Assembly (NCBI GenBank): GCA_965649765.1
Contig: OZ287754.1
Location: forward strand, 14,136,001 to 14,200,000
DNA from: Bispira polyomma
Taxonomy: Eukaryota
Direction: 5' to 3'
DNA length: 64,000 nt
This document shows, piece by piece, positions 1-13,300 of the stretch; position 1 is the stretch's first letter, and each line of letters begins with the position of its first letter. The position numbers were made by a program, and so were the translations under genes. The notes beneath the pieces were generated by a model, which worked only from the letters and a program-made list of their open reading frames with translations, did not search any database and was not told the DNA's origin.

Positions 1-2714
1 AAAAAGTCAAAATAAATTGTGAAATACTAATATCTAAAATGATTCCATCTAAATTAGGGGATTTCCCAAAATAGGGACCTTATTAAATAGTTTTTGCTGT
101 CATATTCACTTTATAGAGCCTTTTCAAAGTTTTCTTCTTTGTGTACTTGTTTTCTAAAGTGGCCCTAAAACACTATGCTCTATGGGAAGACCACCACCAG
201 GCCACAACATCAGACTTTTGTATTGTGTTATTCTATTCAAATTTATATTCTATATTTATACTTTATAATTATATCTACCTTTACACAGTATTTAAAGAGT
301 TAAATACCCTTTCCTTGACTGCCAACCAGTATTTCAATTTAATAGGAAAACACCTTAAGTGGGACTCACACTTATGCGATCCGTGAAAGAGAAGCCAGCA
401 CATTTGCTACGAGAATGCTGTGCGAATCCGGTAGTTATATTCGCCTTGTAATTGAGTTTAGAAGGATCAAACATTTACCGTCTTAGCGTTAGATATTCAT
501 CGCATGACATCGGCCGAAAATGCGCCAGCGATAGCGGAAATTTCTCATTTCTCCATATTTCCGCAATGGTACATGGTAAGATCGCTCACAGCAGGGCTGG
601 AAGTTGAAGAAAGGTTTGAGCAGGGGTCAAGTTGACAATGCATCACCATCACAATAAACATGTACTGATTTCCCCATTCACAGAGCTTGTACAAGGTAAG
701 CCTTGTGCACATCTAATTAAACTCCCACAGAAGCTATAAAGATTAGTTTAACAACTTTATCTTTAATGATGTTAAGGTAATTTAGCAGTCATATAATGTG
801 AGAATGTTTAAATTTAAGCTAGTTTCATGCTATTTATCATTGTGTTAGGACCAAGTTAAGAAAGAATGGTGAATGCTCAAAAGCATGCCCGTTCAGTGCC
901 GGCGATTGCCATTTGTAGATTGTATAATTCACACGGGAATCGCTAGTTTATGTTGTGAAAGTGGGAAGCCGCCTTTACTGGAATCTTGTAGGCTTTGTTT
1001 CTCAGATTTAGTTTAAAAGATAACTTCTTAATTACCTCTAGATTTTGTAATAAGATATCAATGTACCCAACAATTATGGCCCTTTATGGTTTAAGTTGAG
1101 AATTTATTAAAGAAGCATTTTACTTCCCAAGATCTCTAAATAACCGCTGAGATTTCCTCTTTAAACTGGCTTTATGGGATGTACCTCTTGACACATTTAA
1201 AGTCTACTGTGAAAAACTCATGTATACCATGAATATATTGAATTTGAAAGCCAATAAATTGAGTTCGTAAGTCAATAAATCAAATTTGTAAATCAACAAA
1301 TCGGGTTTGTAAAGACGCTAAATATAGTTTGAAAGTCAACAAATACAAAAACATTTTTACATAAGGCCCTTATCAGCTTCTGTGAATAACTTGTTTTTAT
1401 AGGATTTTTTTAAGCCCATTCTCGTGGAGCGATAGTTTAGTAAACAGTAAATTATATCTGTCATAGAATCTCTAGTGGATATATGCCAATGTACACATCT
1501 ACGCAGTTCATACCAAAAGAGGGTTTAGTTATTAAGTGGTTTCCTCAAGTCGTATATCTGCCTTGTACTTTTTTAACATCTAAAACTTATATTCTTCGGG
1601 TAACCTACTGTATTAAAAAAAGGCTATGTTGGAACTATGACTTTGTTCCCACGATTCCAAAAATGTGGCCAAGTCGAGGATAATAAAAACCTTATTGAAA
1701 GATTAATGACTCATTGAACTTTTATTATTGCAAACTATTTCTTACTCCAGCTACCCCATACTGTTCATATAAAAACCTTATAAAAGATTGATGACTCATT
1801 GAACTTTTCTAATTTCAAACTATCTCTCACTCTACCTGACCCATATTGTTTATATTTTTTTTAATATGTATTATGTTACATAAAGTTTTATCGGGTATTT
1901 CCTATTCTTGTGTCAGAAGAAGCGGTCTGAGGACACCATATACACTTTTGTATCAAATAATTTGATTGGCTGATAAAACTGTCTAAAGCAATCTGATTGG
2001 CTAAAATGAAGCAGGGAAAAGGAAGATATTGTATATTAAGTTTATTAACACATTTGACTGGCGAGAATGTCTATTTTGAATTTGCAAATGTAATATATCT
2101 TAAAAAAAGAGAAAAAATTACTGGCGCAACCCCAAATGCGAACACAAAACACTAGGTAGCATATTCTTCTTTTTTTAAACAAAACATAACTACTTCCTCA
2201 TATAAAAGTAAAACTTTAAATCACAATTAGATTAACCAATTGGAGGGAGCGAACAAGACTTTAAGAAGCTGATTTCACTGCCACCTCAGAAATCTTATAA
2301 TTGGTAAATGACTTAAATGTCACATTCTAATTTTATGAAATATATAAATGTGAAATATCACTTACATTGTAGTACTATTGCATTACAATATACTATAATT
2401 CTCCATGCAATACTCAATCTCTCCCATGGTCCAGTCTTTACGGAGAGTTGGCCTGGTGATCAGACGATTCTCAGTTTGACTGCCACTTGGTTTAATTGTG
2501 TCTTCTGGTGGGAAGGTCCACTGTTTGACCCCTTCTAATGCCGCTAGATTCACTCATGGGATAACATACTTAGGCCAGATATGAACATGCCATTACCTTG
2601 TAGTGACGACCTAGTCTCTGTTGTAAAACTAGTGCTTACACAGAGCTAGTTCTTAAGGGGATAATATATATTTCTAGGACACTGAACAAATGTTTCAATA
2701 ATAATAATAATAAT

Positions 2715-3310
2715 CTGGAGACCTTATAAACCTGTATACAATTTAAGCAATGTCTCCAAACTAGTGAAATGAATTCATGGCCCACGAAGGCGCCTCAAAT
2801 ATATACCACTCAGCAAACAGATGCTTTAATTCCACTCAAAACGTCCTGTTAAAAAAAATATTTTAAATGATGTCTCTGCTTCTGTTGACAATGGCAGAGC
2901 AGTAGCACCTATACTGTTGGAGCTCTCTGCTACCTTTAATACCATCGACCATATACTATTCTCTCCAACTGTTTAACAAATGGGTTTAGGATTGATGGCA
3001 CTGCCCTCAGTTGAACCGAGTCCTATTTACATACTAGAAAGCAAAAGAAAATCAAAATTGATGATCATTTCACAGAAGCTTTCGCACTCGCCAACGGTGT
3101 TACACAAGGTTTTGTATTGGGCCGTCTCCTCTTTGTTATGTACACACCAATCTCCTCAGTAACATAATCGCTTAGCTTAATGTTACTCTTCACCTGTATG
3201 CTGACGAAACACAAATATATTTAGCACTAGATACAACAAACTTTAACTCAAGCATAAAATGGACGGGACGTGTCCAAGGTTAAACTTAACCTAGACAAAA
3301 CAATGTATTA
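2715..3310 (+). mobile_element. Degenerate LINE (L2/CR1-like) reverse transcriptase fragment
   Basis: Frameshifted matches to RT motifs: LLELSATFNTIDH (cf. LLDLSAAFDTIDH), GVTQGFVLGP, LYADETQIY. Confidence 0.75.
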
Positions 3311-3569
3311 ACTCAATGAATTATACAGGCGACAGTGCTATTCGAGATCAGTCCCCTCGAGAACAATACATCTTTGACTAAGACAACTCATACAGCAGTC
3401 ATACAGCCATTGTCTTCTGGGCCTGCTATCACCATCTACACAATCTGCGCAGAATACAGCCATGTTCACTATACCTAAACAAACTCAACTGGTAACCTGG
3501 TGAAAAGCGCATTCTTTTCAAATAAAACCTTTTTGTTTAAAGCTATCAAAATCAACTAACCTCCTTAAG

Positions 3570-4089
3570 CGGATGTGCTTAGGCATAGCGACACCTCTTC
3601 TCGATAGGCCTCAATGATGGCTTTACAGACCTCACGAACGACGGTGGACATGGTGTTATAAGCAACTCTCGGAGTCTCGGAGGCCAGGTATCAACATCTG
3701 ATAGGCAACTTTAACCCAAGTAAAAATGGTTGGCGGTAAATGGTACTTTTATATTCTATCAGGGGACCCTCTCTATCAAGAAGCTCTGTAAACAGCTCAG
3801 GCTCCATATGGATGAAGTTTTTAAAGGCAGCCATGTCTTCAAGCTGAAGATCCTGCATCAGGTTTTCATACTGGCCAAAATTTGTCCTCCTCAGCAACCA
3901 GGGTCAGACCCAGTAGGCTCTCCTTCTCGGTCTTCTATCATGCCTACTTCGCAAGTAGTTGTAGACAGCTACATTGTTTCTGAGGTTTATATAATTCATC
4001 TGCATGTGAGCCCTGCAGCAGCAACATGCAACATGAAGAGCTGGCTGTATATTCATTGTTACATATCTATGATGGGAACACATTGACAA
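3570..4089 (-). mobile_element. PIF/Harbinger transposase (HARBI1/ALP1-like) N-terminal remnant
   Basis: ORFs 3904-4089 and 3691-3897: RRAYWV..LLRR..GQYENLMQDLQLED..FKNFIHMEP..F.ELL..LKL..RYLA, followed by RVAYNTMSTVVREVCKAI; frameshifted. Confidence 0.7.
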
Positions 4090-6142
4090 CTAAATTATGA
4101 ATGAGCCAATGTTCAAAACTGCACGCTTTAACCAAGCTTCTACCACCTCCCATCATCGAGGAATAGCCTTATGTCACTGTTTACAGCCAAAACTTTTCTG
4201 AAGCCTTGCCCTTTCCAACCTTGCAATACCTTGCATATAACATTATCTCAGCCGTGTCAACCAGTTATGGTACCTGGAGACGCTATATAAATGTCAGGCT
4301 ATTTCAGCCAGTTACTAAAATTTACCCTCCTCACCTTATCTACGCTGTATCATAACTAAAGAAATACTTTGCAAAACGGTTTTACCTCTGAGGCCTAATC
4401 GTCCCAAAGCTTTTTTGCATATTTCCAGGTGAAGTGAGAGGAAGGTTACATAAACTTCTATAACCATGAAACTTAATGTAATTGCATATTGATGGCAGAA
4501 ATCATTTTAATCCGCATAAACGTTAATTGGGACTGTGATAACTGTATTAATATTTAGTGTATATCTTCAGGAGGAACCTCGGAAAAAACCTATTTCTCTT
4601 TCCATTCTTAAAGTTATGTCAATCGAAAGATTTCAAAGACTCAGTAATAGAAGTTGTCCTTTAGCTTTTTGTGATTGGAAACCAGAATGACTACAAAGCT
4701 ATTACACTTAATATTAGGTTGTTGATGTTTCTATGCATTTGCCAACAAGACAAGAAGATTTTTTTCAATATAACAAGAATTAAGTTTAATCATGTTGTAA
4801 AAAGATCATCTCATTATCACAAGATTAACTTGTTGTCACAACTTAATTATTTCGTTGTAACGAGATAAATCTGGTCATAACGAAATCAACTTGTTCCAAC
4901 AACCTAATCATCTTGTTATAATGAGATATAAATCAATTGTAGGCACAAGATCATCTTGTGAGAACGAGATAAGGGTATAAACTTATTTGTATATCCGTAA
5001 AGGGGCTCTGTAGAATGGTAATCTAGTTGGCGCTTCTTCTTTTAAACAAGTTTTTGTTAGACATTTTCATTGGCGAGAAACTCTATCTTTAAATTTGCTG
5101 ATGTAATAGGTCATCGGAGGAAAAAAGCATTACTGGCGCAACCCCAAAACCAATACAAAGATATTGTATAGCATGTTTTTGCATATAAACTAACTAAGTT
5201 CTTTCTCGTTTTAAAATATAGCCCCTTTAAATCTTATTGTAAGTATTTCCTCGTTTTAAAATATGGCTCGTTTAATCTAACTGTATAAGCACTTCCTCGT
5301 TTTTAAATATAACATCAAAACACGATTATATTAACCAATAATATGGAGTCTACAATACTTTAAAAAGTATGCTGATTTCACTGCCACCTCATAACTCTCT
5401 TAACTTTATGAAATAGAAAGTTTGAGTGAATTTGTACAGATATTCATTTTGGAGATTGTGGCTTGTATTGTTTTAACAATGCAATATTTAATGCATTACA
5501 CTCTGATAATAACCAGTAAGTTTTTAAACATATAATTGGTTTCTGTCTCTTTCTGTGTAATATATGTGTATGAAATAGTGTATTAAATAAAAGAAAGCTA
5601 AATGAGTAAAACCCATGCCAGAAGTGTGAGAGGATTACATCATATGGTGGTGTATATATTTTGAATGCATAAAGTGGAAAAATGTGACTACGCTTTTCTC
5701 TCTGCTCCTCAGAAAATAACAAGCCCATTTTCTTAAATAAATAATTGGTCCATATAAAGCTAATGGTACTGGCAAAACGCGATAATTCGGTTTTTAAGCT
5801 TGGAAGGTGTGACGATATTATTGCATAGTCAAAGATGTTGTCACAACATAAAATCCTTCAGCAATCCTTGACTATGACCTATGTGGATAGGAAAATCAAT
5901 GACTTACTGCAGAGACGGAAACATAATAATTCTTAAGATAACAACCATGAATAACAATTATTTTAAGTATATTTTAATTGTATGTATATTACTAAATATT
6001 TTACTTAATTAATTTGTTTAGTTTTTTAAAAAGATTTGGTTTATTGCATGAGCCCCATGTGACACCCACCCCAGGTAAAAAGATGCCCTCTGTGATAAAT
6101 TTTCTCTATGAATCCATGCAGCACTTTGTTTTACTTTTCTAG

Positions 6143-6277
6143 GCATTCTGTTTTCCTGTGGATCCTGCCTGGGAGATCCTTGTGACAACCCTACAGACAT
6201 CTCTGATGAGCGTAGATCTGTGAGGTATCAGAGTTTAGATGGGAATTATTTATGTGACCATGGTATGATTCAGGAAG
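6143..6277 (+). CDS. Exon E1: probable end of signal peptide and start of D8C domain 1 (GILFSCGSCLGDPCDNPTDISDERRSVRYQSLDGNYLCDHGMIQEG)
   Basis: ttttctag acceptor, GAAG|gtatgt donor, 135 nt, phase 1-1; DPC..RS..CD pattern of uromodulin-like D8C. Confidence 0.85.
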
Positions 6278-7349
6278 GTATGTTATCATAGTCAAGACTA
6301 GTTGCTGGTTCTAGTTTTGTCCAGTGAAATTATGTGTCATCTTTGCTCTTAACAGACACTATTTTTATGGAAAGTCCCACTCACGGTTTATAGCAGAGCT
6401 TAGACTTACCTCACATGATGGCTACGTGCAAGTTTCTGCAAATAACCTATTCATATCAAAGTATTCATATCATAAGAATTCTGAGTGCTGAATTCAAATA
6501 TGCAGAGTATTATTATTAATATTTGACTAAACTGCACTGTAGAGAAATGTGTATATTAGAGTTTGAGTTTAGCTTAATATTTTTGTTTGGTGAATGGCCA
6601 GAACAACAATAAATCAGATATATGTCCACAACCAACATGCCCACATGTTTAAAACGAATAACACAATCCTGTGTACCGTTGTTTTTTTATAGGGCCTCAA
6701 TGATATCTCTTAAACAAATGAGGGTTAATAAGCCGATAGACCAAGTATTCTGCCGCTAATGACGGCTTTTTTGCATGATTATGCCAATGTGTATTGGCAT
6801 AATCATGTTATCCTGGAGTAGGAGGGAAGGGGTAGTGGAAGGCCAACAGTAACGTATGGCAACATCCTGTCAACAGGGTAATCTCTAAATCTGTCAGGAG
6901 TTGTGCTCTCATATTTGGAATATATACACTCTCTGGTCTCTAGTTAGTCCAAAATTAATTTGGCTTGACTATATGGAATATAGTATGAGTTATTTAAGTT
7001 TTATATATTGAGATGGTCAGATTTGATTGAAGGGTCATTTTCATACTAAACATCATGACTTGAATTTTAATTTGAATTAGTATTTTTAGCGTCCACTGTA
7101 GTACATGTTTAGGTTATATTGGGATGGGTAGTTGGAAACGCTGGAGGAAACACTGCATACAGTTGATCTAGGTTCTGCACCAAAACCAGAAAACCACAGT
7201 AAGGAACTACCACCTTTCCCACATAGGCATCGATGGGATTCGAAACTCACGCCGCCCAGAGGTGAGAGACCAGTGATTGTGAAGCGCAATGCTTGCTAAC
7301 CACAAGGCCAGCGCGGCCCCCACTAAACATCATAATATACATGGTATTC

Positions 7350-7383
<34 letters not shown>

Positions 7384-10300
7384 TTTATGCCCTGTTTGGT
7401 ACAACAAGTGAATGACATCACAGCCCAGATATCAAAAAGAGTGTGCGTGTGAGTGACTGGGGTTTACACTTGTCAGTTCTCATACATATACTGCTGGTCA
7501 CAATATTTGGCATGATATAATTGCTTTATTTTTTTTACTGTTTTAATTATTTTTGATAATTTTAGACAATCTAATCATATATATATGTTACAGTGAATAT
7601 GCATAATCAGATAATACGCGTATTCCCTAAAATTTTAAGTGAATACGGGTCTTCCGTGTTTTGGTCAGGGAATATCTGTATTCCCTAAAATTTACAGGGA
7701 ATATGCGTATTCCCTGATATTATTAGGCAGTTACAAATATTTACTTAACCAATTTAGTGAATATGTGTATGGGATAAAAGCAATTTTCTCATAAAACTAA
7801 TGTAACAATATGCGCATGAAACGGTTCATGGATTGTTTAAATGAAATTAATTAATATCAGATACGAGTATAACTGTTCAGTTTAACACATCTCATTTATT
7901 TTTAAGGGATTAAAATCAATTTTACATAAAATTAATGTTAAAATATGCACATAATAAAGTTCAAAGATTCTTTTAATGAAATAAATTAATTTATATGTGT
8001 GAGGGGGGGGATGCGGTGGCCTTGTGGTTAGCAACCATTGCGCTTGACAAACACTGGTCTCTCACCTCTGAGTTCGAATCCCGTCGATGCCTATGTGGGA
8101 AAGGTGGTAATTCCTTACTGTGGGCCGCTGGTTTCGGTGCAGAACCTTGATCAACTGTATGTAGTGTTTCCTTCAGCGTTTCCAACTACCCATCCCAATG
8201 TAACCTAAACAGGTACTACAGTGGACGTTAAATATCAAAATTTAGTTAATTAATTATGTGTGTGAGGGATTATACATATACTATATTAATATTAATAGAA
8301 TAAATATTTTTCAATAATTTAAGTTAAAACCCTTATTGGCTTCCCATATGATAAACTAGAAATAATTCTTAAATATTTTTTCAATGTATCAAAATAAGCT
8401 GATGTCTTCACATCATTAAATGATACCTTCCAGTCAAGAAATTAATATAAAGATGAAAAAAAAAATATTATTAGTGCACAGGTAATTCTTAGGATTATAA
8501 AGCTTATAGGATTACTGGAAGTTGATTGGCTTGAAGTATGAAGCAAAGTATTTGGATGCAATAGGCTCTTTTCAGATGTACACCATATTGTAATGGCTTC
8601 TCACCTAAATGTTCTTTCTAAGGTATGTTTTTTTTAAATTCAAAGAAACATCAAATACCATTCAGTGTAAAAGAATAAATTTCAAAACGCTTTTGAAATA
8701 TAATAAATTGCAATTTAGGGAATACATATATTCCCTGAATACAAATATTCACTGTAACATAGATGTATATATATATATATAAAAATGCTTTGAGTTTAAA
8801 GCATTCATTTTATTGTTTGTTTAAAACAACAACACATACATTAACTTCTACCCTAGCTATAATTACTGGCCTTAAAAATTGAAACAGTTATAATAGAACA
8901 GAATTTTGACAACCAGTGTACTGCTGTGAAGTGAAAGCAAAGTCAAACACCTCCCTTCTCATATACATTCGCTGATGGTCACTGTGTGTCCAGGTCATGG
9001 TTGGTTTATTTTTTTCTTTGTTGATTCTTTTTATTAATTTGAACACAACACAAATATCTGTTGAACTGGATTTTAACTAAGTTGTATATTTACCTTAAAT
9101 CAATATACTTTTTAGGTAGGTTGCGTGTAACCAATGCGCCTATTAGATTGATGTGTCTGACTTCCCTCTGTCCATCCGTCTATCTGTCCATCAATATTTT
9201 GGTTTCCGGACATGTAATGGAAAACTGCTTGAGGTATCATCACCAATTTTTTGTGAATGTGTATCATGTCAATAGCTTAGTTGGGATTTTATTAGGGCCC
9301 ATTCCAAAAAGCAAGATGGCCGCCACGGCCGCTAATGTGAAAACGGTTTCTGGACATTTAAAGGAAAAGTATTGCAGCTATCATCACCAAATTTGTTGTG
9401 GAGGTGTATCATGTCAATATCCTGGTTGGGATTGTATTTGGGCCCATTCCAAAAAAAAACAAGATGGCCGCCATGGCCACCATATTGAAAACGGTTTCCT
9501 GCCATTTAAAAGAAAAATATTGCAGCTATCATCACCAAATTTGTTGTGGAGGTGTATTATGCCAATAGCTTGGATGGGATTGCAGTTGGGCCCATTCCAA
9601 AAAAAAAACAAGATGGCCGCCACTGCCACTGCCTACATAAAAGTGTAAAAAAAAAACATTTTGTAGGTTTTATAGTCAACATTTTTGTTGTAATTTTTGA
9701 TAACTACAAGTATTAATTATGTCTTATATAATGTGGTAGGTTATTGGAGGTTTATTCATAATATATGATATAGTGTCAGCGGCGATTTACTGGACCTGTG
9801 ACCAAATGGTTGGACCTATAAGAATAATTCATTTAAAATATTTGTTTCGTGTGACAACACCTATATCAGAAAAACTATCATCTTTCCATTTAGTCTGTGG
9901 TTGTATATTGATTAATCTAATAGCTATACACACTAGTATAACTTATGGCTAACCTTTAAGGAATTCCTTACAAAAATAGCATTATTTAAAAATATTGGCG
10001 TATATTTCCCCTTTCAAAAGAACATAATAAACTGCTGTGTCAGACTTACAATGAAAAAAAATATTATCAACACTTTTTTTAGGTGATTCGATTGTTTATA
10101 CATAGATTTCTCAGTTTGAATTTTTCACTTTCATTTAACTTACTAGGTACCCACAGTAGATGGTCCTTGAAATCCATTTCAAACCACTAACTAGTAACTG
10201 GCTCGCTATTTTCGAATTCATCAGTAACTTGCTTTGTAGTGGCATTACCATGATATGGCCGCCAGGCCGTTCTCTTTTTGTTACCTGATATATAGCTAAT

Positions 10301-13300
10301 TGGTGACAGAGCGGCTACCATAAGCAAAACGTTGTAAATCAAAATCGGCATGTATAGAGATAGAATCCAGCTAAAAAACATTTCCTTATTCCTTATATAT
10401 GATATGGTAGCCGATTTTGTCTCATTTCATGCCAAAATGTGTACTCATTAATTAATATAAAATGAAAACTAAAACCACAAACATTGGCTCAAAAACTCTG
10501 TCAGCCATTTTACGTCAGACTATATTAAGAATGTTTTGGTAGCAGTATCTGTTCTGTCCCTTATCTTGTATTCCATCATCAAAATAACAGCAATGAATCT
10601 CGCTAAAAAGGGACAGATTATTCGGTTAAGAAGCTGGTAACTTCCCACTCATTGACTGTTATCATGTTGTTCATAAAGTCGTACATGGAAAAATGTATGA
10701 AGAAATTCGACAGTGGGATATACAATTACAAATAGTATGTCTCTGGATCTTGTGCCGTGTGGGCATAAATACCAGGCAACGAGATTGCATCTTGTTGTAG
10801 ATATGTATGATATTATCACCGGACTTCAACACAAATCTAGTTTGTGTTTTGGCATTCTACTAGGCGCACTAGTAATAATGCACAAATTACATCAACATTT
10901 TATTCTAAACTAAGATATGTCTTTTTTTTTTGTATATATATGTATACTATGTCTATGCAATGAATAAGTAATACCTTACTGACTGGTTATAGAGAAACAG
11001 TTTGATTCTGATGTATCATATTAATACTATATCATAATGTTATGGTTACTATCATAACGCCGTAATATACAAAGTCACAAATAAAATTTTGTTCATAATG
11101 CTCTCTTAATGACAAAGGCTTTTGAAGTGCATTAGGTTCATTGAGCTATATTAAACTTAAGACTACACATTTTTGTATAACATTCACAAATGCAAAAACT
11201 TTAACAACTATATTAGGCTTACCATTGACCCACTGTGGATTCACATTCATTTACAATTAAAGTATGCTTGTATTAAAAATATATGTAAACTGAACAACAG
11301 TCAGATGGTGCAGCCAAATAACTATTTTTTTAAGGTGGGAGACACATATATGTATACATATAGTGATATAGATGTACTTATTGCTCTTATATTCCTGCAC
11401 AGATTCATATTGGGTTGTTGTTTTTCATACTTATTTTTTTCTGTTTTCTTTTTCTTTGATTTGTTCAGATATTTAAATTTGCTGAGTGGATTATGATTTT
11501 TTTTACAATAATTTTATGATACAAAAAGGGTTTGTAAGCCGGGTGTACTTTTTCAGTCATAATGTACACTTTTATGTCATATCACATATTGGCTGTGAAA
11601 GATAAAACATCATTTGGATTTCGTAATTAGCATATCGGTATTATAACCATGGTGTATATCAGGCAGTATAGTAGAGCATCAATTTACAGACATCAAATTT
11701 GTTCAGAGGGAATTGCTAGACATGAATTGCTGGACATTAGTAAATGCTAAGAATCCATTTGGTGATATGCACTAACAGGAAATAAACAACTATATTTAAT
11801 TCCATGAAAGTGGTGACATTTGGTGTCTATATAATAATATCACAAGGTAAGGTACATACTGTTTTAAAATAACCTTCATATCTATTTAGGAATGTCTACA
11901 GGGGAATAAATTAGCATCACTCACACAAATGAAGTAGTCATGTGGTATAGATGTTAACAAACTACATGTTTCATGCATGACCTTTGTGTATTCTTAAAAT
12001 TCATCATAATTATTTAATATCGAAAACAATGCTACCCCTCACCGTCGCTCTACCCCCCACCCCTGCCACATACAAACTCCTGGATCCACCTATGTGACTG
12101 CTCTTGTTTACAGGAAACTGGTACACATTTGACACACACACAGGTGGTAAAATGCCCGAGACATGTCCTGAATTTTATTCATGTGGAACACAAGCACCCA
12201 TTTGGTTCAACGATGTTCATCCCACAGGTATGCAAGAGTTTATGTTTAAAACTCCTTAAATTTACCCAAGACAAATCATATACAGTAAATCATATACAGT
12301 AAATTTACCATGATTGCAGGCATAAGAACACAAGTATTTCTACGCTTTCACGAGTGGTAAAATTCCTGTATATCGCTGGTTTGGAATGGGTTATTACTAT
12401 TCTAACATGACATATGAAAGTTAATCTTGAATTTTTAAGAATAAAATTATGTTACTGGAGGAATTACTTAACAAAGTGGAAGAAATTGATTAATTCATTG
12501 GGGTTTAATGTCGCTTTCAACACATTCTATAGGTCATATCACAAAAGGCAGCTTTACTGATGAGTAAAAACAGTACATACTAGTTGGTCAAGATTCTGCA
12601 TTGTAAACCAGCATCGGCAAGTAATTTCAACTTTCCCATATAAGGAATAGTGTGGAAGAATACAGTCTATGTTTTGTCCAAAATTTGACCATATTCTAAA
12701 CCAATCAGAATCAATGACACAAGCTCGGTATATAAAATTCATGTTTCAACTCATTTTTTTCTATTATCCTTTTATGATTAATTATTTTATTGTATTACAC
12801 AGTCACTGTGCATAATTATCCCTGGTTTCATTCAAGATCTCGCATACATAATCTACCACACAAAAAAGAGACAAATCCGTTCTAAAGCTTGTTTAGTAAC
12901 AAACCTTACCTTAAAGTCCCTCAAGATCTACTTTGCTATAACTCATTTTTCTACAAGTTAATTCATAACCAGATACCATTGATGTAATCACTGATCAACA
13001 TAATGTAAAATAAATTGTATGTGGTATTCTTTACTTGTTCAATGGTTTTTAGTGAATCCTTTGTAAAAAAAATAACTTTACTTTTTAGCATTGCAATGGC
13101 AAAAGAGCTGTTGTAGTATATTATATATCTTGAATGCACTTTATTGATGTAAGGCATCTTCTCAAGCACAACAATCGAATCAATCAACCAACCATGTGTC
13201 CTACAACATAGCTTGGGTCATCTTCAGTAAGCAATGGCTTGTTCATATGTTACCAAATGATACAATCCCAATACACCTAGTGGCATCAGCAGGGAACGAA

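Noticed and set aside
8010-8090. tRNA gene
   Set aside because: A/B boxes are present but continue into a SINE body with tail and TSD, with a second copy nearby; no full cloverleaf.
9061-9648. 195-aa ORF
   Set aside because: Lies in a tandem-repeat-bearing non-autonomous element; the repeated peptide just mirrors the DNA repeat.
10205-10230. Minus-strand CTGATGA-ATT-CGAAA hammerhead-like core
   Set aside because: No stem II, and no convincing stem III or stem I pairing.
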